A stretch of 64,000 bases of DNA from the NCBI GenBank assembly GCA_021298155.1, contig JAJTEN010000026.1, forward strand, positions 4,297 through 68,296, read 5' to 3'. Shown here one piece after another: positions 30,564-40,576 of this stretch (within the stretch, counting starts at the first letter, position 1; every line of letters begins with the position of its first letter). Source of the DNA: Sphingobacteriales bacterium. GTDB lineage: Bacteria; Bacteroidota; Bacteroidia; UKL13-3. Position numbers and translations under genes: made by a program. The notes beneath the pieces are model-generated. The model worked only from the letters and a program-made list of their open reading frames with translations. It ran no database searches and was not told the origin of the DNA.

Positions 30564-33500
30564 TCCGCTTCTTTTAACGGTATTCTAACTAGAAAAGTTG
30601 TGCCTACCCCAAGTAAACTAGAAAAAGTTATATCGCCACCGCCACTTTCTATCATACTTTTCACAATAGGCAAACCCAGGCCCATTCCAATTACCTTGGT
30701 ACTAAAGTAAGGCATAAAAATATTGGCCTTTTGCTCCTCATCAATCCCACAGCCATTGTCTTTCACCTCAAAACACAAATAGCCGTCTTTCGAATAAACC
30801 TGTATTAAAACCTCACCTTCCCTATCTTCTGGGATAGATTGACAGGCATTCTTAATTAAATTGGTTAGGGTTCGATTTAGGTAACTCAAATCATACCAAA
30901 GCGTGGTAAATTCATTACAGGTATAGCTAATTTTACCTGTAAAACTCTCTTGTTGCAGGTAAACTAACTCTTCTAATAAATCTTTTACATGGATCTGTTC
31001 ATAGCGAGGTATTGGCATTTTGGCGTAACTACTAAACTCTGTTGCCAAATCACTTAAGGTATCAATTTGCGTAATTAGGGTGCGTGTAACACGCTTAAAT
31101 GTTTCGGGCAATTTAGGAGATTGATCATTCCATGCACGTTCTAAATGCTGCACGCTAAGTTTCATTGGCGTGAGTGGATTCTTTATTTCATGTGCAATTT
31201 GCCGTGCAATATCCCTCCAAGCACCCTCACGCTCACTAATAGCTAACTTTTCAGCACTTTCGGCTAACTGATCAATCATTAGATTATACTGTTTTATGAG
31301 TTCACCAATCTCATCATTTCTGTTCCAAAGAATGGGTTCATTTTGCTTACCGAATGTAATTTTAGCCATTTGTTTTTGAACCAACATGAGTGGATAAGAA
31401 ATATTTCTTGAAACCACCCAAGCAATTAATCCAATACTTATAAAAAGTAGCGCATACAGGTTGATAAAACCAATGATAATACTTGATATTTCAGAGTTTA
31501 AATCTAGGTTTTGATAAAAATTGGGTAATTGTACATACCCTAATAACGACCTATTCTTACCGAAAACAGGCACATATGCACCCGTATATGTAAATGTAGC
31601 GATAGCTTCTCTTTGTACAATCTGAGATTCACGCAAATTATGTAAATGATAATAGGCTTGAGCGTCCATCAAAGGGGCCACAATTCCCTCGGTATATACC
31701 TTTTTAATGGTAGAACTTAACATTTCTCCATTAACATTAAAGAAGGTAATATCGGTATTATAAAAATCAGCTATTTGATTGATACTGGCTTCCGCGTCTG
31801 CTTGTTGATTATTAAAATTAATTTCCTGGCTCTCATTTTCAATCGCACTGACCACACTTTTCAATTTTTTTACCAATTTCTCCTCCTGCCTAATGGCATT
31901 TTGTTTGCTTATAAAATTTATGGTAAAATAAGCAGTGCTACCTAAGGTTAGAAAAACGATTAAAACAATTCCTAATTGAATCCGTGTTCTGATTAAAGAC
32001 AAATTAGCATCTTTAATTGAAAGAACATCATTAAGCTGTGTCTGAACCCATAACCCAAAAGGGTGATGTTTAATAAAATGTAGGTTAAGCCATCTATTGT
32101 TAAAAATTGTATATATAAAAACAAATAGAATAAGTATAAAGGTAAAAAATACAAAGGAAAGTGAAAACAATCCTAGGGGTTCATACCAGGCAGCCAGTTT
32201 AATACTAACCACTACATACAATTGATCATTTTCTTTGAATAATAGATGACTGTAACCATTTTCTTCAAAAAGTCCACTTTTCCCTATAATGTCATCAAAT
32301 GTAAAAGTTGTTCTATAAGCATATTCACCGCTCTGGCTTAGCAAACGCATGTCTCGATATAAGGCAAAAGAGTAATTCTTATTTTTATTGGTATTGGTTC
32401 TAAACCCATCAATTAACAATTCATCAAATCGGGTTTCGTCTTGAACCAATTTAGGCTGGAGGTGAATAAAAAAATAACCTAAAATACCTTGATTATCCTT
32501 TACAATAAATTTCCCTAAGTACCCTTTTAAATAGGCGTTATTCTTAAGAAATTTAAAGTATTGATTCATGGTATTACTACCTAAATTTTTATAGATATAA
32601 TCTACCTGCCTATAATTATAAATATTACGTGTGACATAGTGCGATTTATTGGCATCAAAATCATACACTGTAATATCATATTTACTCATATAACCAGAAA
32701 AATATAATTGCCGTAATCTTTTAACCAATTGCGATTTATACGCAATGGGATTATTAAAATAGCTTGATAGAATTGGCTCAGCAATTATTTTTTTTTCAAT
32801 ATCTTCTAAAAAATATTCGGCATTAACATCGTTCTGACTTACCAATTTAGCTGCATAAAGAAAACGACTCTCCTCTTCCTCTATTGCGCTGTAGTGATAA
32901 ATACTTATAGAGCTAATGCTGCTCAACAGAATTACAAACACAAAATACCTTTGAAATCTTTTTAATCTTGGAACCAAGAACCTTTGATATAAAAAGAAAA
33001 CGCCAAGTAAAATGCTACTGGTAACTGTATAAGAGCTATTTCTTTCAAACAAAGTTACTACCAGAAAAGGATGCAAGAAGAAGAAGACCAAACAAACAAT
33101 TAAGAATTTCTCATAAAACAATAAGGTATTATTTAATAGTAAATAGTACCATTTCTTGAATAATTGAAAGCTTAGGATAAGCAACATAAAAGCGAGCAGA
33201 ATGCCTAGTAAAGTATATTCATTGATGCTATAAATATTTTTCACATCAAATGAAATTTGGGAATCAAACACCAAACTTTTAATGCTATCAAAACAGGCAT
33301 CAGCTAAAACTATGCTAATCCAAGAAATAAAAGCCAATTGAAGCCAAAGGGTGAGTTTAGAGAATTTTACTTGAATGGCTATTTGCTTAATCAAGATAAA
33401 ATACCAAAGCAAAAGTGCCACTGATACAATAAAATCGCCAAGAGATGGATTGTATATAGAAGAGGCGTATATTTCTGGACCAAATAGCTTTTGATTATAA

Positions 33501-34276
33501 ATAAACAAAGGCAGCTTATTAATGAGTAAAAGCCAGCGCGCTATTTGAGAGCCACCAATAAAAAAAACACTTCCCAGAAAGAAATGCCTTCTAATTATTT
33601 CTTTACTCAATAAATGAAACGACCATAAGCAAAAAAGCAAGCTTAATACAAGCAGTAACCGCAACCAGTTGGGTGTAATTTTAGGGAAGCCAAATATTTG
33701 AATGGAACACAAATAATTCCCTTTTCTATCAAATAAATCTTGAAAATCTGCAATAGGTGAAGGACTAAATAAGGCTGAACCTAAAAAACTCAAATCACTA
33801 TTAATATGATTCTGTATGTATTGATTTTGAAATTGGTAGTTGGTTTTTAATTGGTAAAAAACAGCAACCTTGTATGAATTTTGCTGTAAAAAGCTCACCA
33901 AAAATGATCCATTATTCGTATTAAGGTAAAAGAAACCTGGTTTTAATGCTTGTAAGTATTTTATGGAATTAATGGTATTATCTGTCCAAAATACCAAGGT
34001 ATCTTGCTTAAACAAATGGATAATAACTTTTTGCTTATTGGCTAAGGCTAAATAATCTGTCCATTTTCGCGAAATAAGCGAAGTATCTTGCAATACCTGG
34101 TATAATAAGTCTTTACATTCTGCCTCTTTATCTAAAATTACTTGTTGGATATGCTCATAATTGTTTTGTGCTTGCAACTGAGTATCCTGCAAAATGCCAG
34201 ATTCTGTGCCCAAGAGCGACATAAAAATAACCAAGCTAATGCTGAGCCATACAATATATTTAATGGTATTATTCAA
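30560..34276 (-). CDS. sensor histidine kinase with multi-TM sensing region (7TM-receptor-like) and C-terminal HisKA/HATPase_c
   Basis: 1238 aa. N-terminal signal/TM plus ~190-aa extracytoplasmic domain, a block of ~7 TM helices (residues ~200-470), further soluble domains separated by TM segments, then HEIKNPLTPMKLSVQHLERAW (H-box) and the ATPase G-boxes NGCGIDEE...GMGLGLPIVKSMIE. No response regulator adjacent. Confidence 0.8.
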   Translation of the reverse strand: MNNTIKYIVWLSISLVIFMSLLGTESGILQDTQLQAQNNYEHIQQVILDKEAECKDLLYQVLQDTSLISRKWTDYLALANKQKVIIHLFKQDTLVFWTDNTINSIKYLQALKPGFFYLNTNNGSFLVSFLQQNSYKVAVFYQLKTNYQFQNQYIQNHINSDLSFLGSALFSPSPIADFQDLFDRKGNYLCSIQIFGFPKITPNWLRLLLVLSLLFCLWSFHLLSKEIIRRHFFLGSVFFIGGSQIARWLLLINKLPLFIYNQKLFGPEIYASSIYNPSLGDFIVSVALLLWYFILIKQIAIQVKFSKLTLWLQLAFISWISIVLADACFDSIKSLVFDSQISFDVKNIYSINEYTLLGILLAFMLLILSFQLFKKWYYLLLNNTLLFYEKFLIVCLVFFFLHPFLVVTLFERNSSYTVTSSILLGVFFLYQRFLVPRLKRFQRYFVFVILLSSISSISIYHYSAIEEEESRFLYAAKLVSQNDVNAEYFLEDIEKKIIAEPILSSYFNNPIAYKSQLVKRLRQLYFSGYMSKYDITVYDFDANKSHYVTRNIYNYRQVDYIYKNLGSNTMNQYFKFLKNNAYLKGYLGKFIVKDNQGILGYFFIHLQPKLVQDETRFDELLIDGFRTNTNKNKNYSFALYRDMRLLSQSGEYAYRTTFTFDDIIGKSGLFEENGYSHLLFKENDQLYVVVSIKLAAWYEPLGLFSLSFVFFTFILILFVFIYTIFNNRWLNLHFIKHHPFGLWVQTQLNDVLSIKDANLSLIRTRIQLGIVLIVFLTLGSTAYFTINFISKQNAIRQEEKLVKKLKSVVSAIENESQEINFNNQQADAEASINQIADFYNTDITFFNVNGEMLSSTIKKVYTEGIVAPLMDAQAYYHLHNLRESQIVQREAIATFTYTGAYVPVFGKNRSLLGYVQLPNFYQNLDLNSEISSIIIGFINLYALLFISIGLIAWVVSRNISYPLMLVQKQMAKITFGKQNEPILWNRNDEIGELIKQYNLMIDQLAESAEKLAISEREGAWRDIARQIAHEIKNPLTPMKLSVQHLERAWNDQSPKLPETFKRVTRTLITQIDTLSDLATEFSSYAKMPIPRYEQIHVKDLLEELVYLQQESFTGKISYTCNEFTTLWYDLSYLNRTLTNLIKNACQSIPEDREGEVLIQVYSKDGYLCFEVKDNGCGIDEEQKANIFMPYFSTKVIGMGLGLPIVKSMIESGGGDITFSSLLGVGTTFLVRIPLKEAE

Positions 34277-34307
34277 GAGTTAGCGGTTATTTTATTGTGT
34301 ATACAAA

Positions 34308-35276
34308 CTATCGCCAAGTTTCTTTTTCAAGGTAATTAGATACATAATCTTTTACCCCATCTTCAATGCTCGTAAAATCTGTGCGATATCCAATTTGCCT
34401 TAACTTATCCATAGTGGCTTCAGTAAAATATTGATACGAATCTCTGATATCTGCCGGAATAGGTATGTAATTTATTTTTACCGGCTTGTCTAGGGCCGTA
34501 AATAAGGCATGTGCCAGATCGTTCCATGTTCTGGCCTTGCCTGAACCGAGATTATAAATTCCACTATTTTTTCTATGGTGCATTAAAAACAAACAAACCT
34601 CACATAAATCTTTTACATAAATAAAATCGCGCATTTGAGCACCATGTGCATAATCTTGGCGATGCGATTGAAACAAATTCACTTCACCTGTTTGTTTAAT
34701 TTGATGATAAGCATGAAACACAACACTTGCCATGCGGGCTTTGTGGTACTCATTCGGACCATACACATTGAAGAATTTTAGTCCCGCCCAAAAAGAGGGT
34801 TTATGCGCTTGGGTTAAAACCCATTTGTCAAAATCATTTTTGGATCTGCCATATGGATTAAGTGGCTTTAACTCATCTAATGCCGACTCATCATCTTGGT
34901 AGCCAAACTCACCTGCGCCATACGTAGCTGCGCTTGATGCGTATACAAAAGGAATTCCCTCCATAGCACATTTCGTAAACAACTCTTGGCTGAACCGAAG
35001 ATTTAATTCTTTGAAGATTGCTTCATCTTTTTCAGTTGTATCTGTTTTAGCACCTATGTGAAAAACAAATTGAACTTCATGCGCATTGTTGTCCATCCAA
35101 GAAAAAAAATCAGTTCTATTGATTTTCGCCTTGAATTTTTTACCCAATAAATTAAGAGACCTTTGAGGTAATTGATTAAAATCGTCTACTAAAATCAAAT
35201 CATAATATTGATGGTTATTGAGTAATGCTACCAAGCAACTACCAATAAACCCCTCAGCTCCTGTTACAACAATCAT
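34308..35276 (-). CDS. hldD: ADP-L-glycero-D-manno-heptose 6-epimerase
   Basis: 322 aa. MIVVTGAEGFIGS Rossmann motif, then YASSAATYG and FNVYGPNEYHKARMASVVFH, matching E. coli HldD/RfaD block for block. Confidence 0.8.
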   Translation of the reverse strand: MIVVTGAEGFIGSCLVALLNNHQYYDLILVDDFNQLPQRSLNLLGKKFKAKINRTDFFSWMDNNAHEVQFVFHIGAKTDTTEKDEAIFKELNLRFSQELFTKCAMEGIPFVYASSAATYGAGEFGYQDDESALDELKPLNPYGRSKNDFDKWVLTQAHKPSFWAGLKFFNVYGPNEYHKARMASVVFHAYHQIKQTGEVNLFQSHRQDYAHGAQMRDFIYVKDLCEVCLFLMHHRKNSGIYNLGSGKARTWNDLAHALFTALDKPVKINYIPIPADIRDSYQYFTEATMDKLRQIGYRTDFTSIEDGVKDYVSNYLEKETWR

Positions 35277-35351
35277 ACTTTTTGATAAAAAAACGAAAGT
35301 ACAAAAACAGAGAGAGAAAGCGAAATGAAAACCGAGCTAAGAATTTTATTT

Positions 35352-35789
35352 TTACTCGCCGTAGTATTCTACAAAATTATTTTCTGTTTCAATAAGTTTT
35401 ATGCAATGTAATTGACCATTTTCGATTTGAGGGGCAATTATATCCCAAACCGCCACCACTATATTTTCAATAGAAGGCATCATGTGCTGCAAGAAAGGCA
35501 CATCTTCATTCAGATTTTTATGGTCGAGCTGTTCAGTAACAGAATCTTTAATGATGGTTTTGAGCTTTTTTAAATCCATTACCATACCTGTTTCAGGATT
35601 GGCAATACCTTTTATGGTAACAAATAGTTCAAAATTGTGACCATGGAAATACTTATTGGCACATTTCCCAAAGAAAGCCTCATTATCGGCTTCCGACCAG
35701 TTTTTATTGTATAATTTATGAGCAGCATTAAAACGCTCTCTTCTGGTAATATAAACTATTTTTTGTTTTTCAGCCATGTAGCTCTCCAA
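35352..35789 (-). CDS. queD: 6-carboxy-5,6,7,8-tetrahydropterin synthase (6-pyruvoyl-tetrahydropterin synthase family)
   Basis: 145 aa. RRERFNAAHKL and HGHNF motifs of the PTPS/QueD family. The true start may be Met5 (35777). Confidence 0.8.
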   Translation of the reverse strand: MESYMAEKQKIVYITRRERFNAAHKLYNKNWSEADNEAFFGKCANKYFHGHNFELFVTIKGIANPETGMVMDLKKLKTIIKDSVTEQLDHKNLNEDVPFLQHMMPSIENIVVAVWDIIAPQIENGQLHCIKLIETENNFVEYYGE

Positions 35790-35852
35790 AATTCGCCCGC
35801 AAATATATCCAAATTAAGTATTATAAAACAACTATTTTGGTTCAAACAGCCC

Positions 35853-36770
35853 CTAAAAGTCTATATTGGTATGCATTAAAATATTGGGCTCGTAACATAT
35901 TTCCTCGATTGCCGGCAAGCGATCAATCATATCTAAAGATTTTAAATCATTCAGAATAGAGAGCAATTGAATTTCATCTATTTCCTCTGAGTAGGCATAT
36001 TCCAACTCAGTAAACCATTGTTTGGCATCATCAAGTTTTAATTGATAGCGCCAAGCAACCATATTTGTTGCTTCTTCCTGCTGAAATTTCAGTTCATAAC
36101 AGCTTTTGTTCACAATCTCTAAAACCGACTTCAATAAGGCGGGTTCTTGGGCAATAAATTGATTACTCGCCACCACCGCAAAACAAGGCCAAGGAGTCTT
36201 GCATTCACCCAAAAATCTGAATTCACCACTATCCACTAAAGGTTTACTTGTATATTTTTCCCACATAAAAACCTGTGCCTCATTTAAAGCCAGTGCTTTT
36301 CTTGCGCCTACTAAATTTCCAACTGGTAAAAAATCTTTGGAATGGTCTATTTGAATTCCCAGATTTCTGGCATTAACGAGCGACATTAAGTGCGAACCAG
36401 AGCCAAATCTGCTAATCGCATAAATTGCACCTTTAATATCGTTTAAAGAATTAATAGCACTATTAACCCCTGTATAAATGCCCCAACGAAGTGGAGAATT
36501 AACGTAGAATTGAACAATTTTACTTGGATTACCACGGAGAATATCAGCAATAATGCCTTCTGTTAGCGCAATGGCCATATCCAGTTCACCTGCTCTCAGC
36601 GCATTGCACATGGCTCCTGTTCCACCCGGTACATCATGCCACTCAATTTCGATTCCTTTGCGAGAGAATAAGCCATTTTCATTAGCTAAGTGCCATGCCA
36701 AGTTAAAATGCTCGGGCACGCCACCAACTCGAACTTTCTTTTTCATGCTAATTTGTTCTAGTAAATCCAT
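35853..36770 (-). CDS. periplasmic-binding-protein-fold protein (NMT1/THI5-like or MqnA-like), no signal peptide
   Basis: 305 aa. Composition and motif (VGGVPEHFNLAWHLA) suggest a type-2 periplasmic-binding-protein fold, but there is no signal peptide, so it is probably cytoplasmic. Family call is tentative. Confidence 0.4.
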   Translation of the reverse strand: MDLLEQISMKKKVRVGGVPEHFNLAWHLANENGLFSRKGIEIEWHDVPGGTGAMCNALRAGELDMAIALTEGIIADILRGNPSKIVQFYVNSPLRWGIYTGVNSAINSLNDIKGAIYAISRFGSGSHLMSLVNARNLGIQIDHSKDFLPVGNLVGARKALALNEAQVFMWEKYTSKPLVDSGEFRFLGECKTPWPCFAVVASNQFIAQEPALLKSVLEIVNKSCYELKFQQEEATNMVAWRYQLKLDDAKQWFTELEYAYSEEIDEIQLLSILNDLKSLDMIDRLPAIEEICYEPNILMHTNIDF

Positions 36771-36869
36771 AAAACATGATTCTACCTGTATCTAACACGT
36801 ATAACAAGAAATTGATTTTAACAACTATATCAATCTACAATAATGTCAATAATATCAGGTAAATTTACA

Positions 36870-37892
36870 CTATTCCGATTTTAAACCACCAGAATCCTCC
36901 AAGAAGATGATTCTATTTTCTTCATTTACCGTAATTTTCTTCTTTTTAGCTTGGGTTAAAGCACGCTCAATCGCTACGTTAATATCATAACCCAGCAGGA
37001 GTATAAAGGTATTAATATAAATCAACATCAATACAACCAGCAGGGCACCAATAGATCCATACAATTTATTGTAAGAATTAAAATGGTTTATATATTGAGA
37101 AAAACCGTAGGTGGTTAATAATATTATGATGGTTGCACTAATGGCTCCAACACTAAAAAAATTCAATTTACGGTGCCGTGCAGGGGCATAATAATAGATA
37201 GCGCTCACAATACCCAACACAATAAATCCAGCTACCAAAATGTTAAATCCTGCAATTAAGGTTGGGATAGTAGATCCGGGGAAATATTTCACTTTTTCCA
37301 AATACGAAATAAGCACAGTTCCTACAGTAACCATTAATACCGAAACCAAAATCAAAACAGTAATAAACAAAGACAATCCAATGGCTAATAACCTTTGTTT
37401 CCAAAACGGACGAGTTTCATTTTCATAGGTAAATTTATTGAGTAGGTCCATTAAATTATGAAAGCCGCTAGTAGAGAAATACAAAGCCGATAAAAAACCC
37501 ACAGAGAGTAAACCACTGCGCTGATTTTTCAAAATATCTGCTAAGGTTTCTTTAATGGTTTCGAAAGTACTTGGTGGAATGGCTTGTGCAATAAAAAATA
37601 AAATTTCATCAGGCTTATATTTGAGAGGCAAATAGGCAATGAGCGTAAAGAAGAAAATAACCGTAGGAAACAGCGCTAAAAAAAAATTAAATGCCAGTGC
37701 AGAGGCGCGCAAATTCAGTTCACTCTTGCCCATATTTCTCACAAAAAACTCAATCACTGCATATAACGACACCTCTCTAGTTCCGGGCATACTAATAGAA
37801 GAAGCCTTATTAACAAGCCACTTTATTGGTTTTTGCAGAAGTGCTTTCCTTACAATCATCAAATAATTAATTAAAATATGCTGCCAAGGCAT
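36870..37892 (-). CDS. YihY/BrkB family inner-membrane protein
   Basis: 340 aa with ~6 TM segments and typical YihY length and topology. Confidence 0.65.
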   Translation of the reverse strand: MPWQHILINYLMIVRKALLQKPIKWLVNKASSISMPGTREVSLYAVIEFFVRNMGKSELNLRASALAFNFFLALFPTVIFFFTLIAYLPLKYKPDEILFFIAQAIPPSTFETIKETLADILKNQRSGLLSVGFLSALYFSTSGFHNLMDLLNKFTYENETRPFWKQRLLAIGLSLFITVLILVSVLMVTVGTVLISYLEKVKYFPGSTIPTLIAGFNILVAGFIVLGIVSAIYYYAPARHRKLNFFSVGAISATIIILLTTYGFSQYINHFNSYNKLYGSIGALLVVLMLIYINTFILLLGYDINVAIERALTQAKKKKITVNEENRIIFLEDSGGLKSE

Positions 37893-38274
37893 CCATTAAA
37901 TGGGCAGGCGCTTGGCAAGGTCGTTGTGTTTTCATATTAATACAAACCAATACTGTTTCACCTTGGTTCAGCAATACGCCCTCTTCATTATATATCTCAT
38001 AGAGAAACTCAATGCGAATTCCCGGCAATTTTTTAATAATCGTTTTGATGGTCAGTAAATCATCATAATAGGCGGGCTTAATGTATTTACAAGATAAATG
38101 CAATACAGGCATCATAATACCCTGCTCTTCAAACATTTTATAACTGAGGTTTACCTGTCGCAATGCCTCTACCCTTGCAACCTCATAGTATTGCGCATAA
38201 TTGCCATAATACACATAACCCATTTGGTCTGTTTCAGCATATCGTACGCGAATTTTTGTTTCTGAAACGAACAT
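37867..38274 (-). CDS. acyl-CoA thioesterase, 4HBT/YbgC family
   Basis: 135 aa. N-terminus VRYAETDQMGYVYYGNY matches the hot-dog thioesterase YbgC signature. Confidence 0.8.
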   Translation of the reverse strand: MFVSETKIRVRYAETDQMGYVYYGNYAQYYEVARVEALRQVNLSYKMFEEQGIMMPVLHLSCKYIKPAYYDDLLTIKTIIKKLPGIRIEFLYEIYNEEGVLLNQGETVLVCINMKTQRPCQAPAHLMDALAAYFN

Positions 38275-38276
38275 AA

Positions 38277-39467
38277 TTAATCTAATGCCATGTTTGCAAT
38301 TGTTAAACCAATACTTAAACTCGAGGTTGCAGCTGGTGAAGGGGCATTTAAAATATGAATAGCCCTATTCCCCTCAATAATTTTGAAATCATCGATCAAT
38401 CCTCCAAATTTATCGCATGCCTGAGCCCTAACTCCAGCTTCAGCTGGTATTAAATCATCTTCTTGTACTTCAGGAATAAGTTTTTGAAGAGCTTTTGTAA
38501 AAGCCTGTTTAGAAAATGACCTATGAAATTCACCCAAACCAGTTTTCCAATATTTAGCCATCACCTTTCTAAATCCTGGCCAAGCCAGAGATTCAAACAT
38601 TTCTTCTAAATCTATATCCGACATTGAATACCCTTCTCTTTTGAATGCAAAAACAGCATTCGGACCAGCCTCTACGCCCCCATTAATCATTCGGGTAAAA
38701 TGTACACCCAAGAATGGAAAATTTGGATCAGGAACAGGATAAATTAAATGTTTAACCAAATAACGTTTCTCAGGCTTCAACATATAATATTCTCCACGAA
38801 ATGGAATAATGCGTGTATCTATATTTTTTTGAGATAATTCGGCAACTTTATCACTGTATAAACCGGCACAATTTATATACCTTTCAGTTGTAAATGTGTT
38901 TTGGGCACACTGCACATGCACAGCATCATCTGTTACATCAATCTGCTCAACCTTGTGATTTGTTAAAATTACAGCACCCATTGATTGAACCAATTCAGCT
39001 AATTTCTCGCACACAGCAGTATAATCAATAATACCAGTGTAAGGGACTTTTATGCCCGCTACAATATTTAAATGCGGTTCAATCTCTTTGGCCTCTTCTT
39101 TGGTAATTTTAGTTATCTTATCAAGGCCATTTTCTAAACCACGCTGATATAACTTTTCTAATTCTTCTAGTTCACTTTCATCTGTAGCAACTACCAATTT
39201 ACCACACAACTCATATGGAATTTGATAGGTATCACAAAACGCTAATAATAGCTGATAACCGAGAATACAATTTTTAGCCTTTAAACTACCCGGTTTATAA
39301 TACAAACCACTATGGATAACACCACTATTGTGCCCAGTTTGATGCGCAGCAACATGAGATTCCTTTTCCAAGATTAACAACTTAAGATCTGGCTGCTTCT
39401 GAAGCATTTGATAGGCTGTTGCTAAACCAACAATACCACCGCCAATAATTGTATATTGATATGTCAT
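38277..39467 (-). CDS. lhgO: L-2-hydroxyglutarate oxidase (FAD-dependent)
   Basis: ORF extends to 39536. I chose the Met at 39467 because it immediately precedes the GGGIVGLATAY FAD-binding motif. HNSGVIHSGLYY follows. Confidence 0.75.
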   Translation of the reverse strand: MTYQYTIIGGGIVGLATAYQMLQKQPDLKLLILEKESHVAAHQTGHNSGVIHSGLYYKPGSLKAKNCILGYQLLLAFCDTYQIPYELCGKLVVATDESELEELEKLYQRGLENGLDKITKITKEEAKEIEPHLNIVAGIKVPYTGIIDYTAVCEKLAELVQSMGAVILTNHKVEQIDVTDDAVHVQCAQNTFTTERYINCAGLYSDKVAELSQKNIDTRIIPFRGEYYMLKPEKRYLVKHLIYPVPDPNFPFLGVHFTRMINGGVEAGPNAVFAFKREGYSMSDIDLEEMFESLAWPGFRKVMAKYWKTGLGEFHRSFSKQAFTKALQKLIPEVQEDDLIPAEAGVRAQACDKFGGLIDDFKIIEGNRAIHILNAPSPAATSSLSIGLTIANMALD

Positions 39468-39668
39468 AAATTCATGTACAAAGGTAGCTTTCTCTAAAGG
39501 GGAGTGCAAAGATATGAACAAGATGATTAATTGCAAGTAATTTCTAAAATAAATACGCCAAACATACTACTAATACTCATAATCAAAGAATTAAAATATC
39601 AAATGAGTAGTACGAAAACAGAGGCAAAACAAATTAGGATATGGCTGTAAGAACTGAAACCCAAATGA

Positions 39669-39703
39669 CAAAAAAAAGCTTACTCAATTGAATGAGTAAG
39701 CTT
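39669..39703 (-). terminator. bidirectional rho-independent terminator ending the gldKLMN operon
   Basis: Perfect 11-bp inverted repeat AAGCTTACTCA/TGAGTAAGCTT (39676..39703) with a 6-nt loop, flanked by A7 on one side and T-rich tracts on the other. On the minus strand it reads stem-loop then UUUUUUU, 22 nt after the gldN stop. Confidence 0.8.
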
Positions 39704-39724
39704 TTTAAAGTTTTTTATGTGGAT

Positions 39725-40561
39725 TTAGTATTCCCAAAGATCATGTTCCTTTTCAAACAACTCTTGTTTAATGCGCTCACCTTCTAAGATGGCCGCAACA
39801 CCATTGTCTTTAAATTCTGCATAATCTCTAATGTACATGTCTTGCGCGTTAGATTCTTTAATGATATAACTACTAAACAATCTTTGTTCAAACCAATCAT
39901 CATAGGTAAGACGAGCTGCATCATTTTGCCTGTTGAAGATATCATTATGAATAAAGAAATGTCTCAAATCAACTCCATCACTAGAATGATATTTGAAGAA
40001 ACACATATCTTGTTCACCCAGATCAACACCACCTAAACGAACCTGGTAACGCGGAGCGATTGCCATAATTCTCACATACATCTGAGAATGTTTCTTATCA
40101 AAAATCCAATCTTCTATAACCTTGTATTTAACAATACGTAGCTCAGGAATCATTGGGTTGATAATTGTATCCGTTTTGGTAAAGGTTGGATCATCTGGAT
40201 CAATTGGCACGTCTACATATTCTGTATCTGTTCCAAGCGTAAGAAACTTTTCAATACTCATTTGAGTATTTAATGAATCAGTTTCATATGGCGTTAACTT
40301 ACCTTCCTTTACAGCATTGTATAGTACAACACTTAAAGGACTTTTAGACCAAGCCATTGGCTGATTATGCTTTTCACGCACATCAATTATCCTAACCACA
40401 CGTTTAGCAGTCATTACATCAGCTTCACGCAAATATGGCCAAGGAATAACTTTACGCTCTGCTACTTGTTGCCCGTTATAGATGAAGTTATCATAAACCC
40501 CTTGGGCAAAATTACTTAAAGAAAGTAACAACAGAACAATGAGACCAATTGATTTTTTCAT
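39725..40561 (-). CDS. gldN: gliding motility / type IX secretion protein GldN (PorN)
   Basis: 278 aa with signal peptide. Last gene of the gldKLMN order. Confidence 0.85.
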   Translation of the reverse strand: MKKSIGLIVLLLLSLSNFAQGVYDNFIYNGQQVAERKVIPWPYLREADVMTAKRVVRIIDVREKHNQPMAWSKSPLSVVLYNAVKEGKLTPYETDSLNTQMSIEKFLTLGTDTEYVDVPIDPDDPTFTKTDTIINPMIPELRIVKYKVIEDWIFDKKHSQMYVRIMAIAPRYQVRLGGVDLGEQDMCFFKYHSSDGVDLRHFFIHNDIFNRQNDAARLTYDDWFEQRLFSSYIIKESNAQDMYIRDYAEFKDNGVAAILEGERIKQELFEKEHDLWEY

Positions 40562-40576
40562 GTTATATATCGTATA

